From Octopus bimaculoides (Eukaryota): a stretch of DNA of 43,759 nucleotides. The stretch covers positions 99,437,097 through 99,480,855 of the forward strand of contig NC_068982.1 of NCBI RefSeq assembly GCF_001194135.2, written 5' to 3'. The position numbers and the translations under genes were made by a program. The notes under the pieces were generated by a model. It did not search any database. It saw only the letters and a program-made list of their open reading frames with translations, and was not told the DNA's origin. This document shows, in pieces, positions 37,549 to 43,759 of the stretch. How positions within the stretch are numbered: position 1 is the stretch's first letter; every line of letters starts with the position of its first letter.

Positions 37549-37608
<60 letters not shown>

Positions 37609-38089
37609 GAGGGCAGTGTATGTCATCAAAGTAACACTTGGGGTGCAGATGTACGAAGCCCACTATACCTATCAATGACTACCGGCCTGATAAGGGTACA
37701 TCAGGCACAAGCATAACAACCATATGTGCACAACATGATGACCTTATATCAAGATAAACAGCGCATAGCCTTGCAGGTGGGGCCTAGTCAGAATTTTCTT
37801 CAGGTTGAGTAGCCCATCCTGCGTAAAAGGTCCCTGAATGAGGGTTGTTTAAGGATGATGAACGAAACACCCATGTTTCCAAACGTGAATTATGCAAAGG
37901 TCAAAGAATTCCTCTCAACACATGGCTATGATGCTCTCCCGCTACTCCTGCTCGTGATCAGAAATGCACATATTGTCAGCCACCAAGGGACAAGCTCAGC
38001 TGGTTATAGTCAAACAATTAACAAGCAAATCTGTGGTATTGAGCAAAATATTTACAGTAGCCCATCTTTTTATACCAAACTGTTATTAT

Positions 38090-38284
38090 GAAGGCGATGG
38101 GCTGGCAGAATCGTTATCGCACCGGACAAAATTCTTTGCAGACTTCCGTCTGTTTTCAAATTCAAGTTCAAATTCCGCCGAGGTCGACTTTGCCTTTCAC
38201 TCTTTCGGGGTCGATAAAATAAGTACCAGTTGAACATTGTGGTGTTCCCAAAATTGCCGCCCTTGTGGCAAAATTTGAAACAAT
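38090..38284 (+). mobile_element. SINE family A copy
   Basis: Family head and body; 9-bp TSD TGTTATTAT at 38081-38089 and 38285-38293. Confidence 0.88.
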
Positions 38285-39124
38285 TGTTATTATTATCATT
38301 CATTTTGTTCATCATGTACATACGTGCGTATTCATCATTTTATTTATTTGATTCAATTTTAGAAAAACTGAAATGTGTCTTTGACAGTTCTGGAGCGTAT
38401 TAAACTTACTTAGTGTGTGAGTTCCGTGGATTGTTGTAGAACAAAGTATAAAGACAATTACAATGTAACGTGGACAATTCATATTTTTTCAAATAGCTTG
38501 TCCGTTATGCTGTTCAATAAGCAAATACATAAAGAAATAAAGGAAAATTTGTGTGTATATTTACACACACACACATATGACTATTGGAAAATACAGATAC
38601 TGTACACTTACACACACACACGCACGCACACATACACGCACACACACGTAAGATATACATACACACGTACATACACTCACACACACACACACACATACAC
38701 ACACGCACACACATACACATACATGTGTATATATATTTTCGTACTCAAACATGCATAATTTAGGAAATGCATACACATACATATATACGTATATACACAT
38801 CAATAAATGTATCTATAGAGTGAAACAAGGGTGTGTATACACATTGGTGCATACAAGCGTCTAAATAAATACACACACGTGCGCATATATATAAATTAGA
38901 AATATAAGCATATACGCGTATACATATATCTATACATCACACAGATAAATATACGCACATGTATGCGCATGGGTATATAGATACATAAATAATATAAATA
39001 ACAACAGACACACAAATAGATATAAATGCGCATATCCATATTCACGCACGACAGCAAGATTGAAGTAAGTTATTTTCTTCTTAACTTTCTTTGGGTGAGA
39101 GAATGGGTCATCCTCTGTGTACAC

Positions 39125-39510
39125 TAATATATATTGCTAAAATCACTCCTCATAAATACCGCTTTGTTTTAGGGCGCATCTTTGTTCAAGATATTTCCGA
39201 AGATATACGAGAAATTCTTCTACTATTTTCAACTACTAAGCTTATAATTATGGTTGGTAGTTGTAGTTCTTATGAGTATACAATCTTTTTATTAGGCTTT
39301 GTTTAGAGGGAATATTTTCTTGTCTTAAGGTCTAAAGTAATATCCAAGAAGTTGCTTGTATTTAGATTGGTGTTAGTTATGTTTATGCCAAGCTCTCTGA
39401 AATGCCCTTCAAAGTTATTTCTAAATTTATGTATGGTTTGGCGTTTAAAGGTACTTGAAGTTGCTAGGCCACCATCTCTGTACAAATCTGTTGGAGGTAA
39501 GGGTGTATAA
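39125..39510 (-). mobile_element. Degenerate Penelope-like RT fragment, YRDD-type
   Basis: LYRDGGLA...HFRELGINITNTNLNTSNFLDITLDLKTRKYS..KPNKKI resembles the LYRDDGL...NFLDVTLDL...Y.PYRKPN pattern of PLE RTs. Confidence 0.65.
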
Positions 39511-39788
39511 TTTACCCATTGAGATTCACAAGATCTCTGTTGGAACTCCCCATAGAGACGCGGATAGAATAAAATGACGTTCTTCAAAGTATGCGTAGAG
39601 AGCAGCCTTTTTCATGGAATCGAAACCTGAACTGTGAATGAGCTTCAAGATCACCTTGATGGTACGTACACTAGATTTTAAAATATATCATAGCCTGAAC
39701 ACAAGAGCAAAGAAAAAATTCATGAACACATTCTACCGATCTCTGCTAGCCACTGCTATTGTGCTGAACAATAGACCATCAGAAGTTA

Positions 39789-40033
39789 TATTGTGTTGAG
39801 TCTATTTTTTGCAATATTTTGTCAATTTATTTGCTTTATTCAAGTTTTTAAAAGATCAGTCTGGCATTCGAAGTAGAGGCCATCAAGTTGCACCGTCTGA
39901 AGCTACCTTTCGGCCAGTTTGATCCCATGCTGATACCAATTCTTGTCCTTTGAGTCGAAGATATCCTTCACTGAAGCTTTTACCTCCTTTTGGTTGATCA
40001 AGTGTCACAAGCGCAGGAAGTGAGCCATGGATC
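39789..40033 (-). mobile_element. mariner transposon 3' end fragment
   Basis: Reverse complement encodes a decayed SMAHFL...SVKDIFDSKDKNWYQHGI...DGLYFE, followed by the terminus ...CTCAACACAATA plus TA. Homologous to 40409-40598. Confidence 0.8.
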
Positions 40034-40606
40034 GGAACAAGTAATAATCCGAAGAAGATATTTTTTCCGCAAATCTAGTGGTTAAGCAAGAATCTGTCGC
40101 CAAACATGGGCGTTTAGAACACAATGTGATGCTCTGCGACAGGTGGAATTATGAGGGGCTAATTCACTACGAGTTCATTCCGGACGGCCGTACAATCAAT
40201 GTCAAACTGTACTCCGAGCAGCTGGAGTGAATGTATGCCATTGTGCAGCAAAAATACCCAGCATTGGCTAACAGAAAGCGAGCTTTTCTGAAGCAAGACA
40301 ACACACGATCTTATACCATTGGAATGACCTAGAATAACTTCCAGGAACTTGAGGGAATCGAACTGATGTCATGCCCAAAATAGAGTCTGAACCTAACTCC
40401 CTCATTCCAATCTATGGCTCACTTCCTGTGTCGTTCCGCTTCATCAACCAAGAGGAGATGGAAGCTTCCGTGAAGGAGTTCTTCGCATCAAAAGGTCAAG
40501 AACTGGAATCAGCCTGGATCAAAGAACTGGAAGAAAGATGGTTTCAGACGGTACAACACGATGGCTTCTATTTTGAACGCTAGGCTGCTTTTGAAGTAAC
40601 TTCACG

Positions 40607-43402
<2,796 letters not shown>

Positions 43403-43599
43403 ACTTGACGTATAAAGCAAATAAGTTATCAAAATATTGCAAAACTTACCACTCAACACAATACTTTAGGACTTTCACATCATAATGCAAGTCGACAACC
43501 ATTTAACTGCACTGATGACAAGGTACACAACGTAAAACCGAGGACTTGGGACAAAGATTCCTGTTGCAAGAATTGTGAAACGTATTTCGACTGCGACAC

Positions 43600-43715
43600 A
43601 TACACATACACACACGCTCGTACACATATACATATACACATTATATTCATATATATGTGTGTGCGTATATGTATAAAAATGGGTATATGTATAAGTGTGT
43701 ATACACATACACATA

Positions 43716-43759
<44 letters not shown>
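43600..43759. repeat. (CA)/(TA) microsatellite-rich tract ending in (TA)n
   Basis: Direct repeats. Confidence 0.9.

Noticed and set aside
37608-38088. GC-richer segment that looks like an interspersed repeat (ORF 37855-38091)
   Set aside because: Single copy in the window with no recognisable protein or Pol III motif, so it cannot be classified without a genome search.

Overview
AT-rich, microsatellite-dense animal genomic DNA from a gapped draft scaffold (N-gaps at 856-1294, 17854-17863, 20815-21131, 33325-33996, 37022-37548, 42640-43032). The SINE families and repeat style resemble those I associate with octopus/coleoid cephalopods; this is inference, not proven. There are no prokaryotic features, CRISPR arrays or rRNA, and no intact recognisable host gene. 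The window is intergenic or intronic and dominated by transposable elements: three tRNA-derived SINE families, several R4/Dong-clade (REL endonuclease) LINE fragments sitting in microsatellites, Penelope-like elements (PLEs) with hammerhead ribozyme motifs, two inverted mariner fragments, an old hAT remnant, and a full-length but recently inactivated Buster/Charlie-type hAT element. The most interesting structure is one Penelope insertion (15814-17579, 10-bp TSD) with inverted arms. Its pseudo-LTR carries a tRNA-like Pol III promoter (A box kept in one arm, a triplicated B box in the other) upstream of a minimal, dimer-type hammerhead ribozyme. A few GC-richer, splice-signal-bounded islands may be host exons (low confidence).
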